From: an uncultured virus (IMG/VR IMGVR_UViG_3300048813_000256)
Taxonomy: Duplodnaviria > Heunggongvirae > Uroviricota > Caudoviricetes
Length of the DNA stretch: 55,946 nucleotides
Virus record (IMG/VR): IMGVR_UViG_3300048813_000256
Direction: 5' to 3' (one strand)
Part shown: in pieces, positions 15,515 through 25,387 of the stretch
Position numbering within the stretch: the first letter of the stretch is position 1
How the letters are laid out: each line of letters opens with the position of its first letter
The notes under the pieces: generated by a model
What the model saw: the letters and a program-made list of their open reading frames with translations, nothing else
What the model was told of the DNA's origin: nothing
The model's database searches: none
Translations under genes and position numbers: made by a program

Positions 15515-18500
15515 ATGAAGAACCAAACGCACAAGCCGTGGATCATGACCGCCAAAGCGGGCGGCGTGCTCGAAATCCTGCTCTACGAAATGATTGGGCA
15601 GGACTTTTGGACCGGCGAAGGCACCACCGCCAAGTCCTTCGCCGAAGATCTGAAGGCTGCCGGCAGCGTCTCGAAGATCCATCTGCGGGTGAATTCGCCC
15701 GGCGGCAACGTGTTCGACGGCATCGCCATCTACAACACGCTGCTCTCCCACGGGGCCAAAGTCACGGCCCAGGTCGACGGCCTCGCCGCCTCGATCGCCA
15801 GCGTCATCATCATGGCCGCTTCCGAGATCTCGATGGGCGATAACGCCATGATGATGATCCACAACCCTTCCACCGTGATCGGCGGCGACTCCAACGACAT
15901 GCGGAAGATGGCCGACACCATGGACAAGGTGAAAACCAGCATGATCACGGCCTACCGCCGGCACACCAAGAAATCAACCGAGCAGATTGGCGCGCTGATG
16001 GATGCCGAGACGTGGATGACGGCCCAGGAGACGGTCGACAACGGCTTCGCCGAAAAGGTGGTCACCCCCGAGGGCAATGACGCCGACGTCGCCGCCAATT
16101 TTGGCCCGGTGCTCGCGGCCTTCCGCAAAGTTCCGCAGCAGATCGCGGCCCGCTTCGGCGGTTCCACTTCCCGCACCAAGCGCGTGGATGGCGAGAACCT
16201 GACGTCGGAATGCTTTCTCTATGTGGGCGATGAGGAAAAAACCGCTACCTGGCATCTGCCGTGGAAATTCAGCTCCGAAGAAAAAACTGAGAGCCACCTG
16301 CGCGATGCGCTGGCGCGCTTCGATCAGACCGACATTCCCGCGAGTGAGAAGCCGGCGGTCCGCGCCAAGCTGGTGCGGCTGTGCAAGGAGCATGGGATCA
16401 CCGTCTCCGACGAGAAGTCGGGCAAAGCGCTGGCCAAGCTGATCGCCGCGGCCGAACCCGGCGAGTGTGGCTGCGCCTGCCTGCCCTGCAGCAAAGAAAA
16501 CAACTGCCAGGATTGCACCAACGAAGGTTGCGACGACGAGGACTGCGAGGACTGCGCGATGCAGGCCAAAGCCCAGGCCAAGAAGACGAAGGCCAAGGCG
16601 CGCGCGGCCAAACTCGCCAAGCGCACTCGCGCGCAGATCGCGGTTGGCGAAGGGGAATGTGGCTGCACCTGCCTGCCCTGCAGCAAAGAGAATAACTGCC
16701 AGGACTGCACCAACGCGGATTGCATGGATGACGATTGCGAAGACTGCCCCATGCAGGACAAGGCTTCCGCGAAAGCGCTGGCCGCCCTCGAATCCCAACT
16801 CGCAACCGCGAATCAGACCATCGATTCCTTGCGGGGCGATCTCGAAACGGCCGTGGCAGCCAGCACAGACGGCGCCGCCACCGCTGCCCTCAACCTGAAA
16901 TGGTTGGAGCGCATCCGCGGGGATCTGGAGAAGGGCGCGGAGCTGTCCGCTTCGGCGGTCAAGGATCTGCCAGCGGAACGCGCGGCTGCGGAATCCCGCA
17001 TCGCCCAGCTCGGGGCGGACCTGGAAGCCGCGCAAACCGCCCTCGCCACCGAGAAGGCGGCGCGCCTCGAGGAATCCGGGGCACACGCGAAGTTTAGCGA
17101 GCGTCTGAGCGGAGAACTGCGGCAAGCGGGCAAACTGCATGCGGCTGCGGTCGAAGAAATGACTGACCTGGCGCGCCTGGCCGAAGTCCGCGTCACTCAG
17201 CTTGCGGCCGAACTGGAGGGCGCCCAGAGCGCGCTCGCCGGCGAGAAAAAGGCACGCGTCGACGAGAACGCCGCATACGTCCAGTGGACCGGACGCCTGA
17301 CCGGGGAACTTTCCAGCGCGGGCAAGCTCTATGCCTCCTCCATTGAAGAGTTGTCGCGGCGCATCGCGGCCGCCGAGTCTCGCGTGGCTCAGACCGAAGC
17401 CGAACTGGAGACGGCGCAAGCCGATCTTGCCGCCGAGAAACAGGCGCGCGTCGATGAGAACACCGCTCATGTGGAGTGGAGCGAACGCCTGACCGGGGAA
17501 CTCTCGAATGCGGGCAAGCTTTATTCCTCCGCCATGGAAGAACTGCCGCCGCGTATCGCTGCAGCGGAAGGCCGCGTCACGCAGATCTCCGCCGACCTGG
17601 AGACCGCCCAGGCTGCCCTCGCGGCCGAGAGAAAAGCGCGAGTGGAGGAAGCGACCGCATACGTGCAGAGTACGGCGCGCATCACCGCCGAGCTTTCCAG
17701 CGCGGGCAAGCTCTGTGCCGCCGCACCGCAACGCATCGCCGCTGCCGAGGGCCGCGTCACTGAAATCACGGCCGAGCTGGACACGGCGCAGGCTGCGCTA
17801 CTGGCCGAGAAAAAGGCTCGATCCGAGGAGGCCGCCGGGCATGTGCGGTGGCCCGAACAGATGCGCGCCGATCTCCAGAAGTGCGCGGATTTCTACGCCG
17901 AGGCATTGGCAGAACTCCCCCGCCGCGTCCGCGCCGCGGAAGTCCTGGCCGAACAAGCCCAGACTCACCTGGCCAACGCCCGCACCGCGAGCCTTCCCGC
18001 TGCGGTGATTCAGGCACTCGAAGCCGAGTCCAAGACCCGCGCCGAAGAAGCCGTCGCGATCAAGCAGTTCGTCGATCGCGTGACCGGCGATTTCGAGAAG
18101 GCCGCCGCGCTCTACAAGGAAGCTTTGGCTGAACTTCCCCGCCGCGCGCGCGCCGCCGAGACTCGTGTCACCCAGATGGCTGCCGAACTGACCGGGCTCG
18201 AGGCTGAGAACAGCTCCGGGAAGAGAGCTCGCAGCGAAGACGCCACGCGCCGCACTGAGGAGATCGCGGGCCTGACTGCCGAACTATCCAGCGCCGGCAA
18301 AGTGTGCACCGACGCGGTGGAAGAACTTTCCCGGCGGGCGCGCACCGCCGAGACTGGCGCGGCACAGATCACCAGCGAACTTGCCGGCACTCAGACGGCG
18401 ATGGAAGCCGCAAAGAAAGCGCGCGGCGAGGAAACCGCGACTCTCGCTGTCGAGATCGAACGCCTGACCGCCGACTTGACGCATGCGGGGAACGTCTACG

Positions 18501-19138
18501 CCCTCGCGGCGCAAGAGCTGCCGCGCCGGGCGCGCGCGAGCGAGACGGCCGCCGTCCAGATCACAGCCGAGTTGGAGAACGTTGAGGCTGCCATCGAGAC
18601 TCGCGAAGCTGGGAAGAAATCCCGTGTCAAGGAAAAGGCCGAACGCGCGGAGCGGACCGAACGCATGACCGCCGACTTGAAGCAGGCGGGTACGCTCTAT
18701 GCCGCCGCGGTGCAAGAGTTGCCGCGCCGGGCGCTTGCGGCCGAGGCCCGTGTCACCCAAATCACCGCCGAACTGGAGAGCCCGAAGCCGGCGGCCGAGG
18801 CCTCGAAGAAAGCGCGCGCGGCCGACGACGCCAACCGCGCGAAAGGGATTGAGCGCATGACCGCCAATCTCGAACAGGCGGGCACGCTGTATGCCTCGGC
18901 GCTCGAAGAGCTGCATCGCCGGGCCCGCTTCGACGAACAGCGCGTCACTCAAATCACCGAGACTCGGAACAGCGAGACTCGCCGCGACGGGAAGAAAGCC
19001 CGGGCGGAAGAGGCCGAGGCCCGCGCTGCCCGCGCGGAAGAGATCGAGCGCATGACCAGCGAGCTGCAGCAGGCGGCCGCGATCTACGCCTCCGCCAGCG
19101 AGGAAATCGCGCGCCGAGCACGCCTGGCTCAGTTATAA
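15515..19138 (+). CDS. ClpP-type head maturation protease with a very long C-terminal extension
   Basis: VNSPGGNVFDG, GLAASIAS (Ser), MMIHNP (His), ETWMTAQE; then Cys-rich duplication and ~60-aa coiled-coil repeats. Confidence 0.9.
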   Translation: MKNQTHKPWIMTAKAGGVLEILLYEMIGQDFWTGEGTTAKSFAEDLKAAGSVSKIHLRVNSPGGNVFDGIAIYNTLLSHGAKVTAQVDGLAASIASVIIMAASEISMGDNAMMMIHNPSTVIGGDSNDMRKMADTMDKVKTSMITAYRRHTKKSTEQIGALMDAETWMTAQETVDNGFAEKVVTPEGNDADVAANFGPVLAAFRKVPQQIAARFGGSTSRTKRVDGENLTSECFLYVGDEEKTATWHLPWKFSSEEKTESHLRDALARFDQTDIPASEKPAVRAKLVRLCKEHGITVSDEKSGKALAKLIAAAEPGECGCACLPCSKENNCQDCTNEGCDDEDCEDCAMQAKAQAKKTKAKARAAKLAKRTRAQIAVGEGECGCTCLPCSKENNCQDCTNADCMDDDCEDCPMQDKASAKALAALESQLATANQTIDSLRGDLETAVAASTDGAATAALNLKWLERIRGDLEKGAELSASAVKDLPAERAAAESRIAQLGADLEAAQTALATEKAARLEESGAHAKFSERLSGELRQAGKLHAAAVEEMTDLARLAEVRVTQLAAELEGAQSALAGEKKARVDENAAYVQWTGRLTGELSSAGKLYASSIEELSRRIAAAESRVAQTEAELETAQADLAAEKQARVDENTAHVEWSERLTGELSNAGKLYSSAMEELPPRIAAAEGRVTQISADLETAQAALAAERKARVEEATAYVQSTARITAELSSAGKLCAAAPQRIAAAEGRVTEITAELDTAQAALLAEKKARSEEAAGHVRWPEQMRADLQKCADFYAEALAELPRRVRAAEVLAEQAQTHLANARTASLPAAVIQALEAESKTRAEEAVAIKQFVDRVTGDFEKAAALYKEALAELPRRARAAETRVTQMAAELTGLEAENSSGKRARSEDATRRTEEIAGLTAELSSAGKVCTDAVEELSRRARTAETGAAQITSELAGTQTAMEAAKKARGEETATLAVEIERLTADLTHAGNVYALAAQELPRRARASETAAVQITAELENVEAAIETREAGKKSRVKEKAERAERTERMTADLKQAGTLYAAAVQELPRRALAAEARVTQITAELESPKPAAEASKKARAADDANRAKGIERMTANLEQAGTLYASALEELHRRARFDEQRVTQITETRNSETRRDGKKARAEEAEARAARAEEIERMTSELQQAAAIYASASEEIARRARLAQL

Positions 19139-19180
19139 GAAGTCTAGGAAGTGTAAGAAGTCTAAGAAGTATAAGAACTC
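19136..19180 (+). repeat. 5 x 9-bp tandem repeat TARGAAST(C/G/A)
   Basis: taagaagtc taggaagtg taagaagtc taagaagta taagaactc. Confidence 0.85.
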
Positions 19181-19442
19181 ACCAGCGGATCGCCCGCCAA
19201 TCGGGCGCAAGTTTGCGCTGTAGCTTCACCGCAGCCAAAAGGGGCTGGTCGGAAACGCAACAAAGCGTCTCTCTCGAAACCTTAAGCCCCTTTTCAATTT
19301 CCCCAAAAAGTTTGCCCGCTCCCACGTCCTGATCGAGTTCAGGCGGCGGTATTGGTCCGCGCGCGAGGGAACGGGAAAGCCACTGACAGCCGCCCTCATT
19401 GCGGGCAGCCGATAGGCATTCGCACCAACAGGAACAATCACC

Positions 19443-20744
19443 ATGACCACGAAAGAACTGAGACAGCAGCTCGGCAGCCTGCAAGACAAAATGGTTGCCG
19501 TCCAAAAGAAGGCCGATGCCGAATCCCGCAAGATGACGGCGGAAGAAACCGTTCTCTGGGATCGCATGGACAAGGACTACAACGATCTCCGCGCCGATAT
19601 CATGCGCCGCGAGACCAGCGAAAAGCGTCAAGCGGAACTGGAAGGCCGCGTGATCAACCCTCCCGTCGAAGCGCGCAATAACGGCGCCGAAACCGAAACC
19701 CTCAGCACCGAAGAGCACGAGAAGGTGAAAAAGGAAGGCTTCACCAACTTCCTGCGCTACGGCTACCAGGGCATGAGCGCGCAGCAGCGTCAGGTTCTGG
19801 CGCGCAACCAGACCCGCTTCGACGGCGCAGCCATCGGCAACGCACTCCCTGCCGAGATCCGCGCCGCGCAGGACGTGGGGACGGGATCGCAGGGCGGTTA
19901 CCTGGTTCCGACCGGGTTCAGCGGCATGCTCGAAGAGTTCCTGAAGGCCTACGGCGGAATGCGGCAGGTTTCGCGCATCTTCCCGACGCCCGATGGACGC
20001 ACCATCAACTGGCCGACGGTCGATGACACCGCCAACACTGGCGCGCTCATCGCGGAAGGCATCACCACCACCGAGCAGGACATCCCGTTCGCGCAGGTGA
20101 ATTTCCTGGCCTACAAGTACAGCTCGAAGTACATTCCGGTGTCGGTCGAGTTGCTGCAGGACAGCTTCTTCAACGTCGACGCCCTGATCGCCGAGCTGCT
20201 TTCGGTCCGCATCGGCCGTATCACCAATAACCACTTCACCGTGGGCACGGGCACCGGCCAGCCGCAAGGCGTGACCGTTGGGGCCACGCTGGGCACGACC
20301 GGCGCCACCGGCGAAACCACGTCGATCATCACCGACGACCTGTACAACCTGGAACACTCGGTCGATCCCGCCTATCGCGTGAAGAACGCGAGATGGATGT
20401 TCGCCGACTCCACCCTGAAAGTCATCAAGAAGCTCAAAGACAGTACGGGCCGCATGTTGTGGCAACCCGCGCTGGCTGGCATGGCCAACCCCGTGCCCGA
20501 CACGATTGATGGCTTCGCCTACGAGATCAACCAGGACATGCCGGCGATGGCTGCCGGCGCGGCCTCGGTCCTCTTCGGCGATTTCAGCAAGTACGTGATT
20601 CGCGATTGCAAGGACATCGTGATCGTGCGTCTGGTGGAACTCTACGCGCTGCTTGGTCAGGTCGCCTTCCTGGCCTTCTCGCGGCATGATGGCCGCATTC
20701 TGAACACGAATGCGATCAAGTATTTCGCCAACTCCGCCACCTAA
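19443..20744 (+). CDS. major capsid protein, HK97 fold with N-terminal delta domain
   Basis: Coiled-coil N-terminus, GGYLVP, VSVELLQDS, GTGTGQPQG, LKDSTGR, FGDFSKY, RHDGR. Confidence 0.95.
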   Translation: MTTKELRQQLGSLQDKMVAVQKKADAESRKMTAEETVLWDRMDKDYNDLRADIMRRETSEKRQAELEGRVINPPVEARNNGAETETLSTEEHEKVKKEGFTNFLRYGYQGMSAQQRQVLARNQTRFDGAAIGNALPAEIRAAQDVGTGSQGGYLVPTGFSGMLEEFLKAYGGMRQVSRIFPTPDGRTINWPTVDDTANTGALIAEGITTTEQDIPFAQVNFLAYKYSSKYIPVSVELLQDSFFNVDALIAELLSVRIGRITNNHFTVGTGTGQPQGVTVGATLGTTGATGETTSIITDDLYNLEHSVDPAYRVKNARWMFADSTLKVIKKLKDSTGRMLWQPALAGMANPVPDTIDGFAYEINQDMPAMAAGAASVLFGDFSKYVIRDCKDIVIVRLVELYALLGQVAFLAFSRHDGRILNTNAIKYFANSAT

Positions 20745-20827
20745 GACGTAGTGGAGTTGCCAGTTGCCGGCGCCCGGAGAACCTGCCGGGCGCTGGGCAC
20801 TGGAACTGAACTAAGCGGAGCGATCCA

Positions 20828-21097
20828 ATGACTTTCAAACTGGACGACGCAGAACAGGCGCGGCTGATGCGCGCGACCCGCACCAAAGGATTTTTGCAGC
20901 TTGCCGATCTGCTGGGCGATGACGTCAAAGCGGTGCGCGCGATGCGCGAGGAAACCGCCTTCATCCACACCCGGCCCGGACTTCCGCGAGGCGACGAATT
21001 TGCCGCCAAGGTCCGCGGCTGGCTGGTAGCGAACGGAATGGAATGGTCGCAGGAAAACCTGCAGGCCGCAGTCGACGCGGCCGGCGTAACTGCATAA
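20828..21097 (+). CDS. hypothetical protein
   Basis: 89 aa, GGAG RBS. Confidence 0.65.
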   Translation: MTFKLDDAEQARLMRATRTKGFLQLADLLGDDVKAVRAMREETAFIHTRPGLPRGDEFAAKVRGWLVANGMEWSQENLQAAVDAAGVTA

Positions 21098-21131
21098 CTG
21101 CTTAAAAGTGCAATTACCTCCGGAGGCGAAA

Positions 21132-21467
21132 ATGGAGCCCGCACCTTTTACGACGAGCAGCGACCGGCTGCGCCGCGTGGTGATCAGCTTCGAGATTCTG
21201 CAGGATCTATTCAGCGCGGGGCTGCACCCGCCCCACCGCTACGCGGTGACCAAAGGACCCATTCCAGCGGACGCGAAGCTGGTGAACGTGCAACACGCGT
21301 GGCCCAACTGCATCGAGCTGCTGCTGTGGAGCGAGAGCTTTGAGCCGGTGAAGCCGGGAGACATCATCCCGATGCTCGACATTCTGTGCGAGCGGCAGCC
21401 CGCAGCGCCTGTCACAACTGTCACAGATGTGACAGCGGGCGGGACGAGCAACCGATCTCAGCCTTGA
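21132..21467 (+). CDS. hypothetical protein
   Basis: ATG after GGAGG RBS (MEPAPF...). Confidence 0.6.
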   Translation: MEPAPFTTSSDRLRRVVISFEILQDLFSAGLHPPHRYAVTKGPIPADAKLVNVQHAWPNCIELLLWSESFEPVKPGDIIPMLDILCERQPAAPVTTVTDVTAGGTSNRSQP

Positions 21468-21554
21468 GCCGGATCCACGCGAAGCGTTCACCGCCCGGCC
21501 GCTACCGATCATCCCCGCCGATGAGAATCTGACCGGAGTGGCGGCGCCGAAAGA

Positions 21555-21740
21555 CTAGAGTTTGGCGCGCACGAAGCAGTCTTTGGCTTCGAGCAGCTTC
21601 CGCAGCCCGGCCGATTTCTCCGCGGAGTCGGGCAGTTCGGCATCCATCTTCTCGGCTAGCCCGGCGATGGGTTTGGAAACTTCCTGCAGCTCCGCCGGCA
21701 GGTGTTGATAGGCAAAGAACTTCATGATGGGGGCGCTCAT
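21555..21740 (-). CDS. small helical-hairpin protein, candidate Acb2/Tad1-like signal sponge
   Basis: MSAPIMKFFAYQHLPAELQEVSKPIAGLAEKMDAELPDSAEKSAGLRKLLEAKDCFVRAKL; GAGG RBS. Confidence 0.6.
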   Translation of the reverse strand: MSAPIMKFFAYQHLPAELQEVSKPIAGLAEKMDAELPDSAEKSAGLRKLLEAKDCFVRAKL

Positions 21741-21754
21741 TATGCGTAACCTCG

Positions 21755-22570
21755 ATGCGTGACCTCGCCCCGACATTATCGCATCCCGTCGCCATCGTCG
21801 TGCTGGCGCGGTATTGGGAGATCTTCGCGGGCTTCCTCGACAGCGTGGAAGAGATCGCGCCGGACGTTCCCAAAATTCTGGTGCGCGATCTTTCTCCCGA
21901 CAACTCAGGGCAGGCTCCGAAAACGTGGCCGCAACTCGGAGGACGCTGGCGGACGATCGCGGGCCCGGCAAAGTTTTCGATGGCGGCCAACGCCAACCTG
22001 GGAGTGAAAGCGGTCGACGCCGGCGCGGACGTCCTCTACTGCGGCGACGATATCCGTTTTCCCGAAAGCGGGAGCCTCGAGCGGCTGCAGGCGATCGCTT
22101 ATGCCCATCCCGAAGTGGGCATCCTTTCGCCCCGGCTGGATGGCCGCGCGAGCGTGGCCCTGGGGCATCCCGGCTCGGAGTGCGATTGGGTGTTGCCGTT
22201 GGATATGTGGTTTCCCTGCGTGTACGTCAAGCGCGAGCTGATCGACAGGATCGGCTATTGGGATGAGCAATTCGATTCCTTTGGCGACGATTTCGACTAC
22301 TCGGTGCGCGCGCTGTTTGCCGGCTACCGGCTGGCTGTGACTACTGCGGTCACGGTGGAGCATGGGAAGCCAGGCCCCGGCGGTCCGCCCACATTCGTGA
22401 GAAAGGGTGGCACGGCGCGGCACGCCGAACAGAAAGCGGAGACGCACGCGAAACTGGCTGCCAAATATGGGGTCACGCGGGATCGTCTGGCGGAATATTT
22501 CCGCACCGGCGAGCTGGCGATTTTGCAGCCGCCGGCGATCGTCGATACGAAGATCGGGGCCGCATCATGA
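21755..22570 (+). CDS. glycosyltransferase family 2-like
   Basis: FSMAANANLG, VLYCGDDI, GILSP, IGYWDEQF, DDFDYSVR. Confidence 0.85.
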   Translation: MRDLAPTLSHPVAIVVLARYWEIFAGFLDSVEEIAPDVPKILVRDLSPDNSGQAPKTWPQLGGRWRTIAGPAKFSMAANANLGVKAVDAGADVLYCGDDIRFPESGSLERLQAIAYAHPEVGILSPRLDGRASVALGHPGSECDWVLPLDMWFPCVYVKRELIDRIGYWDEQFDSFGDDFDYSVRALFAGYRLAVTTAVTVEHGKPGPGGPPTFVRKGGTARHAEQKAETHAKLAAKYGVTRDRLAEYFRTGELAILQPPAIVDTKIGAAS

Positions 22571-23475
22571 GTAAATACCTGATCACCGGGGGACTCGGAT
22601 TCCTCGGACAGCACATGGTGGAAGCGGTCAAACTGGCGGGCCATGCCGTCACTGTGATCGACAACCTGGAACCTGCCTGCGGCGGCGATCCCGCACTGGC
22701 CCGCTCCGAACGCTACCGCTATCTCAGAGTGGACATCACCGGCTTTGGGGAACTGCAGAATGCGGTCCGCGCCGTGGACCCCGACGTCATCCTGCATCTT
22801 GCGGCTTATGGCAGAAACCTGAGCTGCCGGGACTTCGCGGACCGCGCCCAGGCGGTGAACGTCCGCGGGACCGCAAACGTCCTGATGGCGGCCGCGCACA
22901 CCTGGTGGCGGCGGAGGGCTCCTCGCGTCGTGGTCTGCTCCAGCAACATCACGTTGAGCGATCAGGACACGGTCTACAAGTTCACCAAGCAGCAGTGCGA
23001 GAAACTGGTGGAAGATTACGCCCGCGCCGGACTATCGGTGATGGGCTTGCGTCCGTCGAACATCTACGGATCCGGTCAGTCGCGTACGGAACATCAACCC
23101 TGCGCTTTCGCGGCGCTGGATCTTGGCTACGAAAGGGACGGGCATTTCACTATCACAGGGGATGGATCGCAATCTCGCCGCTTCACCCACGCCGACGATG
23201 TGGCCGACGCCTTTCTACTCGCCGCCGATTCCGCTCTGAGCGGCTGCACGCTGGACGTCGCCACGGGCGTGCAGACTTCCATGAACCAGGTCGCCGCGCT
23301 GCTCGGCGTCAAAGTGGTTTATACCGATCCGCGTCCCGGCGATGCCATGACGCTGGTCAGCAACACGGAACCCGCCCGGGCGCTGCTGGGATTCACCGCC
23401 CGGCGTTCTCTGAACAAGCATATATTCGAGGCGTTTCCCGCGGTGGCGGGGTCAAGAGTCGGCAGTCTTGCATGA
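22567..23475 (+). CDS. NAD-dependent epimerase/dehydratase
   Basis: ITGGLGFLG, HLAA, NVRGT, YKFTK (YxxxK), NIYG, GDGSQSR. Confidence 0.92.
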   Translation: MSKYLITGGLGFLGQHMVEAVKLAGHAVTVIDNLEPACGGDPALARSERYRYLRVDITGFGELQNAVRAVDPDVILHLAAYGRNLSCRDFADRAQAVNVRGTANVLMAAAHTWWRRRAPRVVVCSSNITLSDQDTVYKFTKQQCEKLVEDYARAGLSVMGLRPSNIYGSGQSRTEHQPCAFAALDLGYERDGHFTITGDGSQSRRFTHADDVADAFLLAADSALSGCTLDVATGVQTSMNQVAALLGVKVVYTDPRPGDAMTLVSNTEPARALLGFTARRSLNKHIFEAFPAVAGSRVGSLA

Positions 23476-24113
23476 GGCCGGTGATCCTAGTCAGTTCGTG
23501 CCGCCAGGACGTAGCCAGCGGCTATAACAACGCTGTCCGCCTGACTTGGGGGAAAAACAGCGCCCTGCCGATTTTCTTCATTCTCGGCGAAGGCAACGCG
23601 GCTCCTAAAGCGGACGAGATCATCTTCCCGGTCAAAGACGACTATCTCTCGCTGCCCTGGAAAACCCAGCAGGGCCACAGGTGGGCGCGAGAACAAGGCT
23701 ACGATTACATCTTCCAGTGCTTCACCGACACCTACGTGGACACCGAGCGCCTGATCCAGAGCGAATTTGAACGCGGCGATTATGTGGGCAATCAAGGGGT
23801 GGGTTGCCGCGGTTATGACTTCTGTCACGGCGGACCGGGATACTGGCTGTCTCCGAAAGCCACCGATCTGATTCTTGCAGCGGACATCGGCGAAGAAACT
23901 CTGGAAGATCAATGGGTCGGTTGGGTGATGATCCAGAACGGAGTCGCCACCACGCCTGACTTCCGCTACTCCATGGGAACGTCTTACCGCTACAGGGAGG
24001 CGAAACCGGCGCCCGGCAACGAGCAGATTTCGTGTCATCTATCCGACAGCGGGCATTGCTACGAAGCGGCGATGATGTTTGCCGCCGAGCGTCTACGACG
24101 GACCGGCCAGTAG
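23472..24113 (+). CDS. GT31/Fringe-like glycosyltransferase
   Basis: DDYLSLPWKT, YDYIFQCFTDTYV, GGPGYWLS, EDQWVG; start at ATGA overlap. Confidence 0.8.
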   Translation: MRPVILVSSCRQDVASGYNNAVRLTWGKNSALPIFFILGEGNAAPKADEIIFPVKDDYLSLPWKTQQGHRWAREQGYDYIFQCFTDTYVDTERLIQSEFERGDYVGNQGVGCRGYDFCHGGPGYWLSPKATDLILAADIGEETLEDQWVGWVMIQNGVATTPDFRYSMGTSYRYREAKPAPGNEQISCHLSDSGHCYEAAMMFAAERLRRTGQ

Positions 24114-24133
24114 AATCGACTTGGGGGTAGCGA

Positions 24134-24412
24134 ATGGAAGCCGTGAGTCCGGTCCTGCCGATCAGCGCCGATGTGGAAACGGTGTACGCGAAGGATCAGC
24201 CGGAGTATGTGCCGCTTCCCACCTTTCGTTCCGAGAAAGCCGTTCTGAGCCGCTGGACTCTGAGCGATGAAGAGCGGGCGCACATCGCCGCCGGCGGCGA
24301 CCTGTTTATCTGCATGATGAATTTCGGAGGCCCGCTGCTTCCCATCCTGCCCATCGCGGCCGGTCCCGACCAGGCGCTGGAAATGATGCTGGCTGCGGAG
24401 GCCGCAATCTAA
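24134..24412 (+). CDS. hypothetical phage protein
   Basis: YAKDQPEY.PLP...SRW.LS.EER...FG.PL.P. Confidence 0.7.
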   Translation: MEAVSPVLPISADVETVYAKDQPEYVPLPTFRSEKAVLSRWTLSDEERAHIAAGGDLFICMMNFGGPLLPILPIAAGPDQALEMMLAAEAAI

Positions 24413-24537
24413 TCGCTAACGGAGCCGGCGCCCCGCAGCCGACACTCGCCACCAGTCCCGGAGGAAGAAGAAAGAAAAACAGGGAAACCTCCGCGATCTG
24501 GGCTCCTTGGAAGTGCCGGCTGCGCGACGCAGGCCTG

Positions 24538-24756
24538 CTACGCGGGTTGCTGCTGCGACGAATCCGCTGCGGCGCGGAGCCGGCTGGCAAGGGACATGCG
24601 GTCCGCGTCGGCGTCGGCGACCTCGTAGCGCAACAAAATCTCGTCCAGAAGAAGCGAGAGAGTCCTCGGATTTTGCTCCGTTGAAGCCCGCTGCAGTAAT
24701 TCGCAGAGCGGTAGGGACTGCAGGACGGTCGCAGAGGCAGACGCCGATTGTGTCAT
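24538..24756 (-). CDS. hypothetical protein (antisense island)
   Basis: MTQSASAS... start uncertain. Confidence 0.4.
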   Translation of the reverse strand: MTQSASASATVLQSLPLCELLQRASTEQNPRTLSLLLDEILLRYEVADADADRMSLASRLRAAADSSQQQPA

Positions 24757-24871
24757 TTGAAATATTCCAATCGCCGGGCGGCGGGCGCCGAGCGCAAGAG
24801 CGAAGAGACGCCACCCGCACTTCACGGGATAGCACTTCGCGCCCTGCGCGTCTGCCCGCTAGCGTACTCAG

Positions 24872-25117
24872 TTAAGAAGAAAGGCTTACACAGCGCAACG
24901 GCGGGATCGGCTCATAGACGAACAAATCGGGGCTGCTCGCCACGAGGCGGTAGTCGTCAGTCTCGATCACCGTCTCGAACTGCGGCAGTTCCGGCGTCGG
25001 GACGAAGAATGCGTCGCTGGCCCTTGCCGGGATGGGGACGCGGAAAAATCTCGGCGCACTGCGCTCAGGCCACTCGACAATTTCCACGCCTTCGGATTGG
25101 AGAAGAAACAGCCGCAC
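24872..25117 (-). CDS. hypothetical protein (antisense island)
   Basis: 81 aa, follows the 25127 gene. Confidence 0.5.
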   Translation of the reverse strand: MRLFLLQSEGVEIVEWPERSAPRFFRVPIPARASDAFFVPTPELPQFETVIETDDYRLVASSPDLFVYEPIPPLRCVSLSS

Positions 25118-25126
25118 CCGCCGATT

Positions 25127-25387
25127 CTAGCTCACCAGCATCTCGATGCCGGGGACGCCGGGGTTCTGGACCAGCTTCACGCCGTCGATGTAGGCGCCAT
25201 CTTCGCGGAAGTCGATATAGTCGCTGGCTTCGATCGAAGCCAGCACAGCCGCATAGACGGCGGGGTGCATCTCGATCTGCGAAGGCCTCTTTAGGGGACA
25301 CGGAATCCCGTTCTCATCGCAGCAATTGTCCTGCACAAACTGCACGATCTTCACCTTCGCCGCCATGTATGCGCGCGGGATCGTCAT
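25127..25387 (-). CDS. hypothetical protein (antisense island)
   Basis: MTIPRAYM start overlaps the upstream TGA. Confidence 0.6.
   Translation of the reverse strand: MTIPRAYMAAKVKIVQFVQDNCCDENGIPCPLKRPSQIEMHPAVYAAVLASIEASDYIDFREDGAYIDGVKLVQNPGVPGIEMLVS

Noticed and set aside
22905..23471. N-terminal extension of the GT31-like ORF (similarly 42579-42950, 26467-26637)
   Set aside because: Overlaps the upstream gene; coupled or RBS-supported starts lie downstream
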